The position numbers and the translations under genes are program-made. This document shows positions 1-8,810 of a stretch of 64,000 bases of DNA, in pieces; the first letter of the stretch is position 1, and each line of letters starts with the position of its first letter. The notes under the pieces were generated by a model. That model was not told the DNA's origin, ran no database searches, and saw only the letters and a program-made list of their open reading frames with translations. Where the stretch lies: sequence record MF498774.1, one strand, 5' to 3'.

Positions 1-11
1 TAGGGACAAAC

Positions 12-19
12 CCTAAATA
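12..19 (+). promoter_or_regulatory. Late promoter CTAAATA (variant of T4 TATAAATA); more copies at 2644, 7283, 12016, 14401, 15954, 16848, 17700 (+) and 23300, 24030 (-)
   Basis: Recurs shortly upstream of virion and lysis genes on the coding strand. Confidence 0.75.
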
Positions 20-40
20 AAACAAATAGGAGAATTTATT

Positions 41-511
41 ATGGCCGGAAATAATACATACAAAGGTCAATACTTTGTAAAGAATAGAGAAAAATATAAA
101 GGAGACCCAAAAAAGGTTACCTACCGTAGTTCGTGGGAAAAGTATATAATGGAGATGTTGGATAATAATCCAGACGTTAGATATTGGAACAGCGAATGTA
201 TGGTCATTCCGTATTTTTCTAATGCAGATGGAAAGAAACGACGTTATTTTATGGATATGTGGATACAGTGGTCCGACGGTTCTATTTCTCTCTGGGAAGT
301 TAAGCCTAAAAAAGAATGTTTTCCACCAGTACCACCAAAAAGAAATACATTAAAAGCAAAAAATGCTTATATTCAAGCTGTGTATACATGGCAAGTCAAT
401 AACGACAAATGGAAAACCACCGCTGAATTATGCAAGAAAAAAGGGTGGAGATTTAATATAATTAATGAGGACTCATTGAGAGCAATGGGTTTCAAAGGAC
501 TTACTAAATGA
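41..511 (+). CDS. gp4: Head completion nuclease, T4 gp4-like (TnsA-type PD-(D/E)XK fold)
   Basis: YKGDPKKVTYRSSWE and WNSE..IPY..RRYFMD..EVKP motifs typical of gp4; late promoter and SD upstream. Confidence 0.9.
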   Translation: MAGNNTYKGQYFVKNREKYKGDPKKVTYRSSWEKYIMEMLDNNPDVRYWNSECMVIPYFSNADGKKRRYFMDMWIQWSDGSISLWEVKPKKECFPPVPPKRNTLKAKNAYIQAVYTWQVNNDKWKTTAELCKKKGWRFNIINEDSLRAMGFKGLTK

Positions 512-1506
512 TATTCGAAATAACTGAACGTGCAGAGTCCACAACAGAAAAACGCAATAGAAAACAATGGATTGATGTTGGTGTTGATTATATGAACGCC
601 AAGAAAAAGAACCCAAGTCTTACTGCAAAGAAATATGCAGAGGAAAAAGGGTTGAATTATGAAACATTCAGTAGAGCTATGCGCAGACACAGAGAAGAAA
701 TAAAGACTTATTATTCTCTGGTAAACCCAAACAAGAATAAACAACAATGGATTGAGCTTGGTGTTGATTATTTGACACAAAAAGAAAAGAGTAGCATTAC
801 TCTAAAAAATTATATTGAAGGACGTGGACTTAATAAAGAAACCACGGAGCGGGCATTCAGAAGATTCAAGCAAGATATTCTACTGGCTAAGAAGTTAAAA
901 GATGCGCAAGTAAGCGGAAGAAAACTATCTAAAGCCGAAAAATATCAGATGTTGTTGGCTGACTTTAGAAATAAAGTAAGACAACACGAAAAAGAGCCTG
1001 TAAAGTCTCAGAAGAAGTCAACGGAATGGTTTAACAATTTCATAAAGAAAAACGTTCGTGGTCACCAAGTAACAAGACCAATTGCTGGTCGATTGTATAC
1101 TTTCGCATATGACGCAAAACATAAGGCAACACTACCATACTGGGATAAATTCCCCCTGATCGTATATCTTGGCCTAAGTGCAAAACACAAAGGTTTGATG
1201 TTGGGTCTCAACCTTCACTATATCCCGATCAAAGCCCGTAAAGAATTTATGGAAGAGTTGCTGAAACATGCAACCACAGAGAGGATTACCAACCGTACAT
1301 CCCTAAATATCAACTGGGGTAAGGTTAAGGGAATGAGAGGTGCAGACCATATGATCAAAGCGTATTTGCCGGGTCATATTAAGGGTCCATTAATGGAGAT
1401 TAAACCGCAGGATTGGAGTTCTGTCATTAATCTACCGACTCAACGGTTTGTATCTGGTGTTCCTCCGAAGACCTATAATACGAATTCCGTTTGGAGATCA
1501 TACTAA
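508..1506 (+). CDS. gp2: DNA end protector protein, T4 gp2-like, with N-terminal extension
   Basis: C-terminal GRLYTFAYDAKHK.TLPYWDKFPLI and GLNLHYIP motifs. Confidence 0.9.
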   Translation: MIFEITERAESTTEKRNRKQWIDVGVDYMNAKKKNPSLTAKKYAEEKGLNYETFSRAMRRHREEIKTYYSLVNPNKNKQQWIELGVDYLTQKEKSSITLKNYIEGRGLNKETTERAFRRFKQDILLAKKLKDAQVSGRKLSKAEKYQMLLADFRNKVRQHEKEPVKSQKKSTEWFNNFIKKNVRGHQVTRPIAGRLYTFAYDAKHKATLPYWDKFPLIVYLGLSAKHKGLMLGLNLHYIPIKARKEFMEELLKHATTERITNRTSLNINWGKVKGMRGADHMIKAYLPGHIKGPLMEIKPQDWSSVINLPTQRFVSGVPPKTYNTNSVWRSY

Positions 1507-2447
1507 TGAACTTAATACCACCTATTCCAACCATAGATAGTATGATAGATAGTACTATCGGGTTTGGTGAAGATTTATTAAACGATGGTGGGGATGCAAG
1601 CGAGATCCCCGATCTAACTAGGTTTATGCGGAAAGTTGAGAATACCGATTTGGCTAGACCAAACATGTTTATTGTAAGGTTCGGAGATTTCCGAACCTCT
1701 ATATTCAGTGATGGTGTTTTTGATAGGGATTTACCAATATTTCCTGATTCAAGTAGCGGGATGGACGTCAATGATAGTCTTTTCTCTGGTACAAGTTATG
1801 CTTGGCATAGAGTTCAGGACATTGCTTTGGGACAAGCACACAAAATCCTCACGCCTAGCATGAAGAAGATTTTTGGTGCTTGGGACCCGTCCTTGATCCG
1901 GATCATACCGGGAGCAGGAGAGATCCTTGATGGATTTTTGGGAACTGATTACGATGTAAACAGAGATCTAGCATTAATGGTAAAGAGTGTCGGTCTTCCT
2001 AGTTCTACTTTGGAAACGACAATCAACCGTACAGACAAACTACCTAGACACGAAGTTAGAGGTAGAAACTACGGAACCATGAGTATGACGTTTTACTGTT
2101 CCCCTTCTTACGAGGAACGTTCTTTGATGCTAACATGGCAGAATACAATTGTCAACCCAAGAAATGGACAATTTGGATTTTATAATACGTATGCAAAGGA
2201 TATTGACGTCATCACGTTAGACCGTCATGGAGTTAAGCAATCCACTGTACATAATACAGGGTGCTTTCCCATAGAGGTAGGTGAAGTTCAACTAGATTTT
2301 GAGAACAATTCTCAGGTAGCAACCTTTACCGTCACATTCGCTGTATCAACCACAGTGCATGTTCCTACTAAGGGTGAAGAGAACACCATCGACTCTATAG
2401 AGAGTATCATAAGACGTACTACAGGCGTTGTGAAAGCCATTCGTTAA
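1506..2447 (+). CDS. gp54: Baseplate tail-tube initiator, gp54-like
   Basis: DLARPNMF N-terminus plus a gp19-like tube domain; ATG overlaps the gp2 stop. Confidence 0.75.
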   Translation: MNLIPPIPTIDSMIDSTIGFGEDLLNDGGDASEIPDLTRFMRKVENTDLARPNMFIVRFGDFRTSIFSDGVFDRDLPIFPDSSSGMDVNDSLFSGTSYAWHRVQDIALGQAHKILTPSMKKIFGAWDPSLIRIIPGAGEILDGFLGTDYDVNRDLALMVKSVGLPSSTLETTINRTDKLPRHEVRGRNYGTMSMTFYCSPSYEERSLMLTWQNTIVNPRNGQFGFYNTYAKDIDVITLDRHGVKQSTVHNTGCFPIEVGEVQLDFENNSQVATFTVTFAVSTTVHVPTKGEENTIDSIESIIRRTTGVVKAIR

Positions 2448-2451
2448 TACT

Positions 2452-2476
2452 AAGCCATCCTACGGGGTGGCTTTTT
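2452..2476 (+). terminator. Intrinsic terminator after gp54
   Basis: AAGCCATCC-TACG-GGGTGGCTT followed by T run. Confidence 0.8.
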
Positions 2477-2492
2477 CATATCTATAGATCTC

Positions 2493-2604
2493 GAACGTAG
2501 TGAGACGGCGTAGCCGCCTGTTCGCTTCGCTCACACACTTTCTAATTATAGATTTTCTATATAAATACTTATAGAGACTTTATAGTTTGATTGCAAGTGA
2601 AACT
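2493..2604. repeat. Copy A of a dispersed intergenic element (GC hairpin module plus AT-rich core)
   Basis: 2540-2574 matches 32702-32736 at 34/35 nt. Confidence 0.85.
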
Positions 2605-2679
2605 ATCTAAGATTAAGTCTTGAAGAACATCATGTTACAATGTACTAAATAAGTATAGATCTATAAGGGATTTTTAACT

Positions 2680-3465
2680 ATGACAAACAAAACCACGATT
2701 GACAAGAGTGTACTTCTTGCTGCTATGCAGAAAAACGTACAACAGACCAATGTGACTTTATCAGATGGTAGGAAGATCAAGGTTCGTGCTTTTTTGATGA
2801 AAGAAATGAAACTGTTGATGTTGGCTAACGAAGCCAATACTGGAATCGATGATGCGATCATTCAAATCGTAAAAAACTGTATCCTAACTGATAATGTTGA
2901 TGTAGACCTTTTACCTGTGTTTGACTTGGAAGCAGTTTATCTAGCTTTGTATAAGTTATCAAAAGCAAGTCCAACTGTCCCGGTTATGTTTACTTGCGCC
3001 AACGAAATTCTCGATGAAGATGGTAATGTTCAATATGACCAATATGGTGAAATTGTTCGTTGTGGTTCTGATATTAAAGTAAACGTAAACTTGAATAACG
3101 CTAAATTGTCTGATGCGCCAGATAACAAAATTGTTCTGAATGAGAACATGACAGTTTATATGAGATATCCTAATATCAGCGAGGTTGAATATTTCAACGT
3201 AGAAGTTGAGTCCGACTTGTTTAACTTAATCAATCGCTGTATTGACGAAGTTCATATGGGAGATCAGGTTGTTAAGGTTGGTGTTGATATTCCGTATGAG
3301 GATATTTCTGAAATTATGGAATACGCCGATTCAGTTGCTTTGACCAAAATGGGTAAATTTGTAACATCCCTCCCCCAACATACTCTAAATATACCTGTAA
3401 AGTGTAAAAAATGTGGACACCAAGAAATTGTTACACTTAAAGGGGTAGAAAGTTTTTTCGCATAA
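2680..3465 (+). CDS. gp26: Baseplate hub assembly chaperone, gp26-like
   Basis: RAFLMKEMKLL, LPVFDLE, MRYP and C-terminal CKKCGH..LKGVESFF motifs. Confidence 0.85.
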   Translation: MTNKTTIDKSVLLAAMQKNVQQTNVTLSDGRKIKVRAFLMKEMKLLMLANEANTGIDDAIIQIVKNCILTDNVDVDLLPVFDLEAVYLALYKLSKASPTVPVMFTCANEILDEDGNVQYDQYGEIVRCGSDIKVNVNLNNAKLSDAPDNKIVLNENMTVYMRYPNISEVEYFNVEVESDLFNLINRCIDEVHMGDQVVKVGVDIPYEDISEIMEYADSVALTKMGKFVTSLPQHTLNIPVKCKKCGHQEIVTLKGVESFFA

Positions 3466-3629
3466 CGCTTGTTAACCATACCATATACGATCATTTTAAT
3501 ACGGTATATAAGCTTAGAAAAGATGGATGGAGCCATTCGGACCTTGAGGATATGACCCCCTTTGAATTTGGTGTTTATGTTCACCTCTACCTAAACGATC
3601 TCAAAGAACAGGCGAGAGAAAAGGACTAA
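3459..3629 (+). CDS. gp51: gp51-like hub assembly ORF with no own start codon; probable -1 frameshift extension of gp26
   Basis: Manual translation RITLVNHTIYDHFNTVYKLRKDGWSHSDLEDMTPFEFGVYVHLYLNDLKEQAREKD*; gp51-like LEDMTPFE..Y..L pattern; stop abuts the tape measure start. Confidence 0.75.
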   Translation, partial: RITLVNHTIYDHFNTVYKLRKDGWSHSDLEDMTPFEFGVYVHLYLNDLKEQAREKD

Positions 3630-5498
3630 GTGATGATTGACAAGCAGAAACAGAACGAACTTGATAAATCGGTTCGAGATGTCACGGATGCTATGGATAT
3701 TGTTTCTGATTCGATGCTTAAGTTGGACGACAAGACAGAAAAGTTGTCCAACTCAACAAAAGACCTTACCGCGTCTTATGATATTACCTCTGATTCCAGT
3801 CTGGAAGTCGCACAAGAACAAGAAAAATTAGCGAACCAGATAAAAGGTGCCAGAAAGGATAATAAGCGTAGTAATAAGGTTGAAAACGAATTAGTTTCAG
3901 CTAGACGAAAGCAACTGGAAGACATTTTAAATAATAAACAACCCCTAGTGGATTATAGCCAAGGTGTAAAAAGTCAGAACCCGGAACAGGGGGAAACTGC
4001 CAAACCTATGCAGGAAGACACTAGGGAGACTTTGAAAGAATTTATACAACGCGAAGTTGGTGATCGTCGTGAATTTGTGGAAAATTTCAAAGAAGAAAAT
4101 CAAAAAACTGGTAAATTTGTTCGAGAGATAGCAAAAAAAGCTAATATAGTTGATCGAATGAAGAAATCAGAAACATCAGCAACAGCGAAAATACTTGGTC
4201 ATACTATGTCCGCTGGTATCGGTATGGTTACTGGAACCATAAACGATTTGTTATCAACTATTCCCGGTTATAATCAGGCCGCTAATGCAACGAAGTTTGT
4301 TGGTGGGTCTATTATTGATGCACATAACGCCCGTAAGGAAAAGAAATTAGATGCAAAAGCGAATGCGGCTTATGAAGAGAAGAAGGCTGATGCTACTTCT
4401 AGATTCCAACAGATCCCACAAAACAAACCAGAAGACAAAGTAAAAACAGATAGAAATAACCAAGAGCAAAAGAAAGAAAGACAAGAAAATGGAAGAGAAC
4501 GAGAGAACAACGAAAAGCGTCATAAAAGCTTAATCGATGTTCTTAAAGGTATCCAGATGTCCATGTTGATCGGTAAACTGATTGGTGGTGTTGGATTTGT
4601 TCTTAGTGGTCTTGTTTCTGGTATCAGTGTTCTATCTGGTGCGGTTCTTGGTTTGGCCCCTATGATTGCGGGTGCCCTATCTGCTGCTGTTGGTGGTTTA
4701 ATTGCTAAGTTTTCGGGGTTGTTTGATAAGATACCGGGATTGGGAAGTAAGACCCCTACACCATCGTCTGGCTCTGGTGGTGTTAATCCAAACGATGTGT
4801 CTAAGGATCCTAAGAAGTCTCCGAAAACTACACAACCGGATGGAAAGAAGCCACCTACACCAGAACCAAGACCGGGGCAACCAGCAAAAATTGAGACACC
4901 TAAAACAAAGACACCTACCCCTAAAGGGAAGGCTGGTATTTTGTCAAGGGCTGCTGATCTTGGTAAAAAGGGTTGGTCTGTTGCTACCGATGCTGCAAAA
5001 TCAGCCTCAAAATTTATACCAAAAAGCGCATTAACTGGTGCTGGTATGGCGGTACGTGTCGCCGGTAGAGCAATTCCTTTTGTTGGTGCTGGCTTGATGG
5101 CTTATGAGTTGTATAACTTCGCCAAAGAGAATCCAGATCTGTTGGATAAGGGTGTTGATGCTGCGAAGGGTGCTTGGGAAAGTCTTACCGGGTCATTGTT
5201 TGGAAAAGCTAATGCTAGTGAAGCTCAACCGGAATCTAAATTAGGGAATGAAATTAAGGCGGGTGAAAATGAGCCTGTATTTAAAACCCTTGAGAAAAGA
5301 AACCAAGAGGTTGAAGAATTCCGAGCTAAACAACAACGTGAAAAGGAAGAACGAGATGCACGACGTCAAGAAGGTGCGTTAATGGCTGCTGTAAATAATA
5401 CCACATATAATAGTATGAATTCCGTTCTACCGTCTGGTTTTGGTGAATTTAGACCAGACCAACCACAATATTCATATGGGGTTCAACCGTCAACATGA
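3630..5498 (+). CDS. gp29: Baseplate hub / tape measure protein, gp29-like
   Basis: Long helical, low-complexity protein with a hydrophobic Gly-rich segment, downstream of gp26/gp51. Confidence 0.65.
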   Translation: MMIDKQKQNELDKSVRDVTDAMDIVSDSMLKLDDKTEKLSNSTKDLTASYDITSDSSLEVAQEQEKLANQIKGARKDNKRSNKVENELVSARRKQLEDILNNKQPLVDYSQGVKSQNPEQGETAKPMQEDTRETLKEFIQREVGDRREFVENFKEENQKTGKFVREIAKKANIVDRMKKSETSATAKILGHTMSAGIGMVTGTINDLLSTIPGYNQAANATKFVGGSIIDAHNARKEKKLDAKANAAYEEKKADATSRFQQIPQNKPEDKVKTDRNNQEQKKERQENGRERENNEKRHKSLIDVLKGIQMSMLIGKLIGGVGFVLSGLVSGISVLSGAVLGLAPMIAGALSAAVGGLIAKFSGLFDKIPGLGSKTPTPSSGSGGVNPNDVSKDPKKSPKTTQPDGKKPPTPEPRPGQPAKIETPKTKTPTPKGKAGILSRAADLGKKGWSVATDAAKSASKFIPKSALTGAGMAVRVAGRAIPFVGAGLMAYELYNFAKENPDLLDKGVDAAKGAWESLTGSLFGKANASEAQPESKLGNEIKAGENEPVFKTLEKRNQEVEEFRAKQQREKEERDARRQEGALMAAVNNTTYNSMNSVLPSGFGEFRPDQPQYSYGVQPST

Positions 5499-6058
5499 TA
5501 CATAATCAAGCACACATAACAAACATGCGTCTGGAAATCCCAGACGCAAACACAACCGCCAACTTTGTAACATCAGCTCAATCTGTTGTTCTTCCAACTA
5601 TGGAAATGGATATAACAAGGGTTTCGATAAATCAGATGACGTCCGGACTTATGCCGGGTTCGAAGATCATTTACGAACCATTTAGGATTAGATTTTTGAT
5701 TGATGAAAATTTCGAATCTTATAAAGAGTTGTATCAATGGATGATCTCTGTTACTGATAGTAGAACTTTCAATTCCACCGCCCATCTACCGGGTGCTAGA
5801 CCTAGATCTATTTTGGTTCATATTCTGGATAACTCAAAAAAGAATATAGTATTGACTTTCAAGTTTCATGACCCATTCCCGAGTTCATTGGACGATATAG
5901 AATTGTCCTATGTTGATGACGGAAACCCAGCCCTTATAGGTAATGTAACATTTAGTTACTCATCTATGAGTGTTGTTGGTGTAAACGATTTGGAAATCCT
6001 ACCAAAACAAAACCCGGTCGGTATCGGTGCAGGACACCCATTCCAAAGTAAAATCTAA
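5495..6058 (+). CDS. gp3: Tail tube terminator / tail completion protein, gp3-like
   Basis: QSVVLP, YEPFRIRFLIDENFESYKELYQWM and FPSSL motifs. Confidence 0.85.
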   Translation: MIHNQAHITNMRLEIPDANTTANFVTSAQSVVLPTMEMDITRVSINQMTSGLMPGSKIIYEPFRIRFLIDENFESYKELYQWMISVTDSRTFNSTAHLPGARPRSILVHILDNSKKNIVLTFKFHDPFPSSLDDIELSYVDDGNPALIGNVTFSYSSMSVVGVNDLEILPKQNPVGIGAGHPFQSKI

Positions 6059-6104
6059 AGGTTCTTCGTCTTGAGGTATAATAAACAAAAAGATGAGGTA
6101 CTAT

Positions 6105-6836
6105 ATGATATACGCTATTTCTGGTTTGAAACGGACGGGTAAAGACACAGCCTCGAAGTTCATCCAAGAACTTACTGGGGCTGTTCCATATGCTTTAGCT
6201 CACCCAATTAAAAAATCCATCCATAATGGATTACAACGTATTCAGAAAACAAAAGATATCAGCTTTGCTGATGTTAATGGAGAAACTGAATATGACCGAG
6301 AGCAAGATTTGGGCTTGACTACTTTAGAATTAAAGAGTCTTCTGAATAATGCTATAATGTTCTGCCATAGACACAACAATTTCACATTCGGTGAAATGCA
6401 TACCCTTTTTAATTCCGTCTCCGAATTTAGGTCCAGTGACAAAATGACCATAAAGGATATGCTATGTGTTGGTTTTGCTGAATTCTTTGGTAATAAGAAA
6501 AAAGCAGCAGAAATCGAAAATAAATATAAATGGTCTATTCGTAGACTGATGCAAGTTCTTGGTACGGATCTAGTTGTCAATGTAAGACGTGATTATTGGT
6601 TAGAGTGTATCCCGGATGATGGGAAAGACATCATTATAACCGATGTAAGACAGGCTCACGAAATGCAATTTTGTCGTGATAATGGTGCTAAAGTAATCTT
6701 TATTTGTAAGACTGGAATCGTATCAACCGATTCACATATCACCGAGCGTGGTTTAGAACCATCAGCAAGTGATATTATAGTTTTTAATGATGGTACATTA
6801 GAAGCTCTTAAGAAAAATATCAAATCAATTGTTTAA
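6105..6836 (+). CDS. gp1: Deoxynucleoside monophosphate kinase
   Basis: ISGLKRTGKDT P-loop, RRLMQVLGTD and ITDVR motifs; SD GAGG favours ATG at 6105. Confidence 0.9.
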   Translation: MIYAISGLKRTGKDTASKFIQELTGAVPYALAHPIKKSIHNGLQRIQKTKDISFADVNGETEYDREQDLGLTTLELKSLLNNAIMFCHRHNNFTFGEMHTLFNSVSEFRSSDKMTIKDMLCVGFAEFFGNKKKAAEIENKYKWSIRRLMQVLGTDLVVNVRRDYWLECIPDDGKDIIITDVRQAHEMQFCRDNGAKVIFICKTGIVSTDSHITERGLEPSASDIIVFNDGTLEALKKNIKSIV

Positions 6837-6849
6837 TAGGAAAAATAAA

Positions 6850-7074
6850 ATGCAAGAACAAATTCAAAAACTGTCTAGTGACATCATCGTACTGAAAGCC
6901 CGTATTTTTGATATGAGTGAAGAATCAGTAGCAATTAGTCAACAAAATGCTAAAATCTTTAGTATGCTTGCGGAAGCACTCGAACTAGACAAAGAAGAAT
7001 CTTCTGACATTCAGTTCTATCTGAATAAAATCAATCACCTGAAACAAAATCAGGTTGAAGTTGTAAAAGAATAA
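6850..7074 (+). CDS. gp57A: Tail fibre assembly chaperone, gp57A-like
   Basis: QKLSSDIIVLKARIFD resembles the T4 gp57A N-terminus; same position after gp1 as in T4. Confidence 0.75.
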   Translation: MQEQIQKLSSDIIVLKARIFDMSEESVAISQQNAKIFSMLAEALELDKEESSDIQFYLNKINHLKQNQVEVVKE

Positions 7075-7080
7075 TGTTAT

Positions 7081-7112
7081 AAAGGGGTTGCTTAATAGCA
7101 ACCCCTTTATTT
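7081..7112 (+). terminator. Intrinsic terminator
   Basis: AAAGGGGTTGC-TTAATA-GCAACCCCTTT followed by T run. Confidence 0.85.
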
Positions 7113-7128
7113 TATGGAAGATATTCAA

Positions 7129-7269
7129 ATGGATGACTACTTTGATTTTGATCTAGAACGGATGCGAATCGCAGTTGAAGGAGATACAATCTATAAACCA
7201 GAAGGTATGACCGTGCGGGAGTGGTTGGATTGGTTAAAAACAGTTGACAACGAAAACAAAGAGATGTAA
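7129..7269 (+). CDS. Small hypothetical protein (46 aa)
   Basis: Manual ORF MDDYFDFDLERMRIAVEG...; below the ORF-track length cutoff. Confidence 0.6.
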   Translation: MDDYFDFDLERMRIAVEGDTIYKPEGMTVREWLDWLKTVDNENKEM

Positions 7270-7313
7270 CCTATAGTTGTTGCCTAAATACTGTTTTATA
7301 AAGGAATGATTTT

Positions 7314-8327
7314 ATGTCTAAGATGTTTAATGAGCTGTTTGAATCTATGACTCAAGCAGTCGCGATGAAGGCTCTTGGTTTGACTGGTAAGTTTACTGAT
7401 GACCAACTAAAGGCTGCATATCGCAAGGCAGCAAAGGATAACCACCCAGACCGTGGTGGTTCCACCGAAAAAATGCAGGCAGTAAACCAAGCTTACGAAG
7501 AACTGAAAAAATCCGGTTCTCCTGCAACCCAAGAAGCTACATGGGCACAGAGAAAACAGAAACAGGAAGAAGAGAAACACGTTGTAACTAACTTCGTGAC
7601 CCATATGTTTGACAAGTTTTTTGATACTCAGGCTTATCTCGACTACTTCCAAAAGATGAGCGGTAAAAAGTTCACATTTGAACGTAAAATTACCGTTGGT
7701 ACTTGGGGAACTTCTTCTGTCGATTATAAATTTACGTCGGAAGACCGTACAGTTTTCTTTGATCTGAATGCAATGGCTCATGTGTTTATCACCAAAGCTC
7801 TGGGTGCAGGTATTGATAAACCTGAGTTGGATAAGATGGGTGTTTTCACTGAGGTTCTGATTGACCGTAAAAAAGTAAAAATGACCCAAAGCAATTACAA
7901 CCAATCCGAAACTGAAAAGTTTATGAAGGATCCGAAAATCCTTTTCCCAGAAACCAAGCTAAAGAAAGCTTTTTCTGGTGATAAAAAGGTTAAACCGCTC
8001 AAGAAAGCCGATTATGTTCTTTTCGTCAAAAAAGAACTTGAAGGAAAACATTTGGGCGGTGATGATTTCGCAGTTGACATTGGTAACGGTTCCGTGATTT
8101 ATTTTTCTCGTATGACATGGATGCGAAAGGGTGTATGGAATATCAGTGGTCGTACAGGAACAAAAGAACGTTGGTCTGTAACTACTCCGTTCTATGAAAC
8201 TGAAACACCGGAAAACATGGATGTGATGAAAGAACTTGTACAGACTATGAAATCTCATAGTTCTTCTGGTGGTGCTCAGATGGAAGCTCTTGTCAAGAAA
8301 TTTATGTTGAAAGCTAACAAAGTTTAA
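7314..8327 (+). CDS. J-domain (DnaJ-like) protein
   Basis: LKAAYRKAAKDNHPDRGG..EKMQAVNQAYEEL with intact HPD; CCTAAATA upstream. Confidence 0.9.
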   Translation: MSKMFNELFESMTQAVAMKALGLTGKFTDDQLKAAYRKAAKDNHPDRGGSTEKMQAVNQAYEELKKSGSPATQEATWAQRKQKQEEEKHVVTNFVTHMFDKFFDTQAYLDYFQKMSGKKFTFERKITVGTWGTSSVDYKFTSEDRTVFFDLNAMAHVFITKALGAGIDKPELDKMGVFTEVLIDRKKVKMTQSNYNQSETEKFMKDPKILFPETKLKKAFSGDKKVKPLKKADYVLFVKKELEGKHLGGDDFAVDIGNGSVIYFSRMTWMRKGVWNISGRTGTKERWSVTTPFYETETPENMDVMKELVQTMKSHSSSGGAQMEALVKKFMLKANKV

Positions 8328-8388
8328 AATTAAAAACAGGAGATTATAGTGTTATAATCTCCTTATAAAATAACAAAAGGAAAGATAA

Positions 8389-8613
8389 ATGATTTTTATT
8401 GCTGATATTGTAGATCCGTCTGAATTTGGTGGTGCGTCTCGTACCGTTATTGACACCAAACTGATCAAAGGTCTCTCTGAGAAGAACGGTGTTTCTTATA
8501 TCACCTTTGATGTTCGTGGAACCGATAAGCAAAAAACGATTGCAGTCCATCAGGATTTCGAAGCAATTTTCTCATATATGCAGTTTGATGAACGGATCAA
8601 ACTTAGCCAGTAA
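8389..8613 (+). CDS. Hypothetical protein
   Basis: ORF with SD, followed by a terminator hairpin near 8624-8658. Confidence 0.7.
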   Translation: MIFIADIVDPSEFGGASRTVIDTKLIKGLSEKNGVSYITFDVRGTDKQKTIAVHQDFEAIFSYMQFDERIKLSQ

Positions 8614-8671
8614 AACGTATTAACACCCCTAGCGATTTTCGTTAGGGGTTTATTTTTTGATAGGATGGTTT

Positions 8672-8809
8672 ATGAAAGTAGTTCTTAAAAATGGTCAAGA
8701 AATCGAAGCGAAAGATGTAGTAAAATCAAAATACGATCACCTTGTTGTTACTGAACGTGCTGCATTTTGGATTGATAACAAAGAAATCAAAACCGTGGTT
8801 TGGTGGTGA
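8672..8809 (+). CDS. Small hypothetical protein (45 aa)
   Basis: Manual ORF MKVVLKNGQEIEAKDVV... Confidence 0.55.
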   Translation: MKVVLKNGQEIEAKDVVKSKYDHLVVTERAAFWIDNKEIKTVVWW

Positions 8810-8810
8810 T

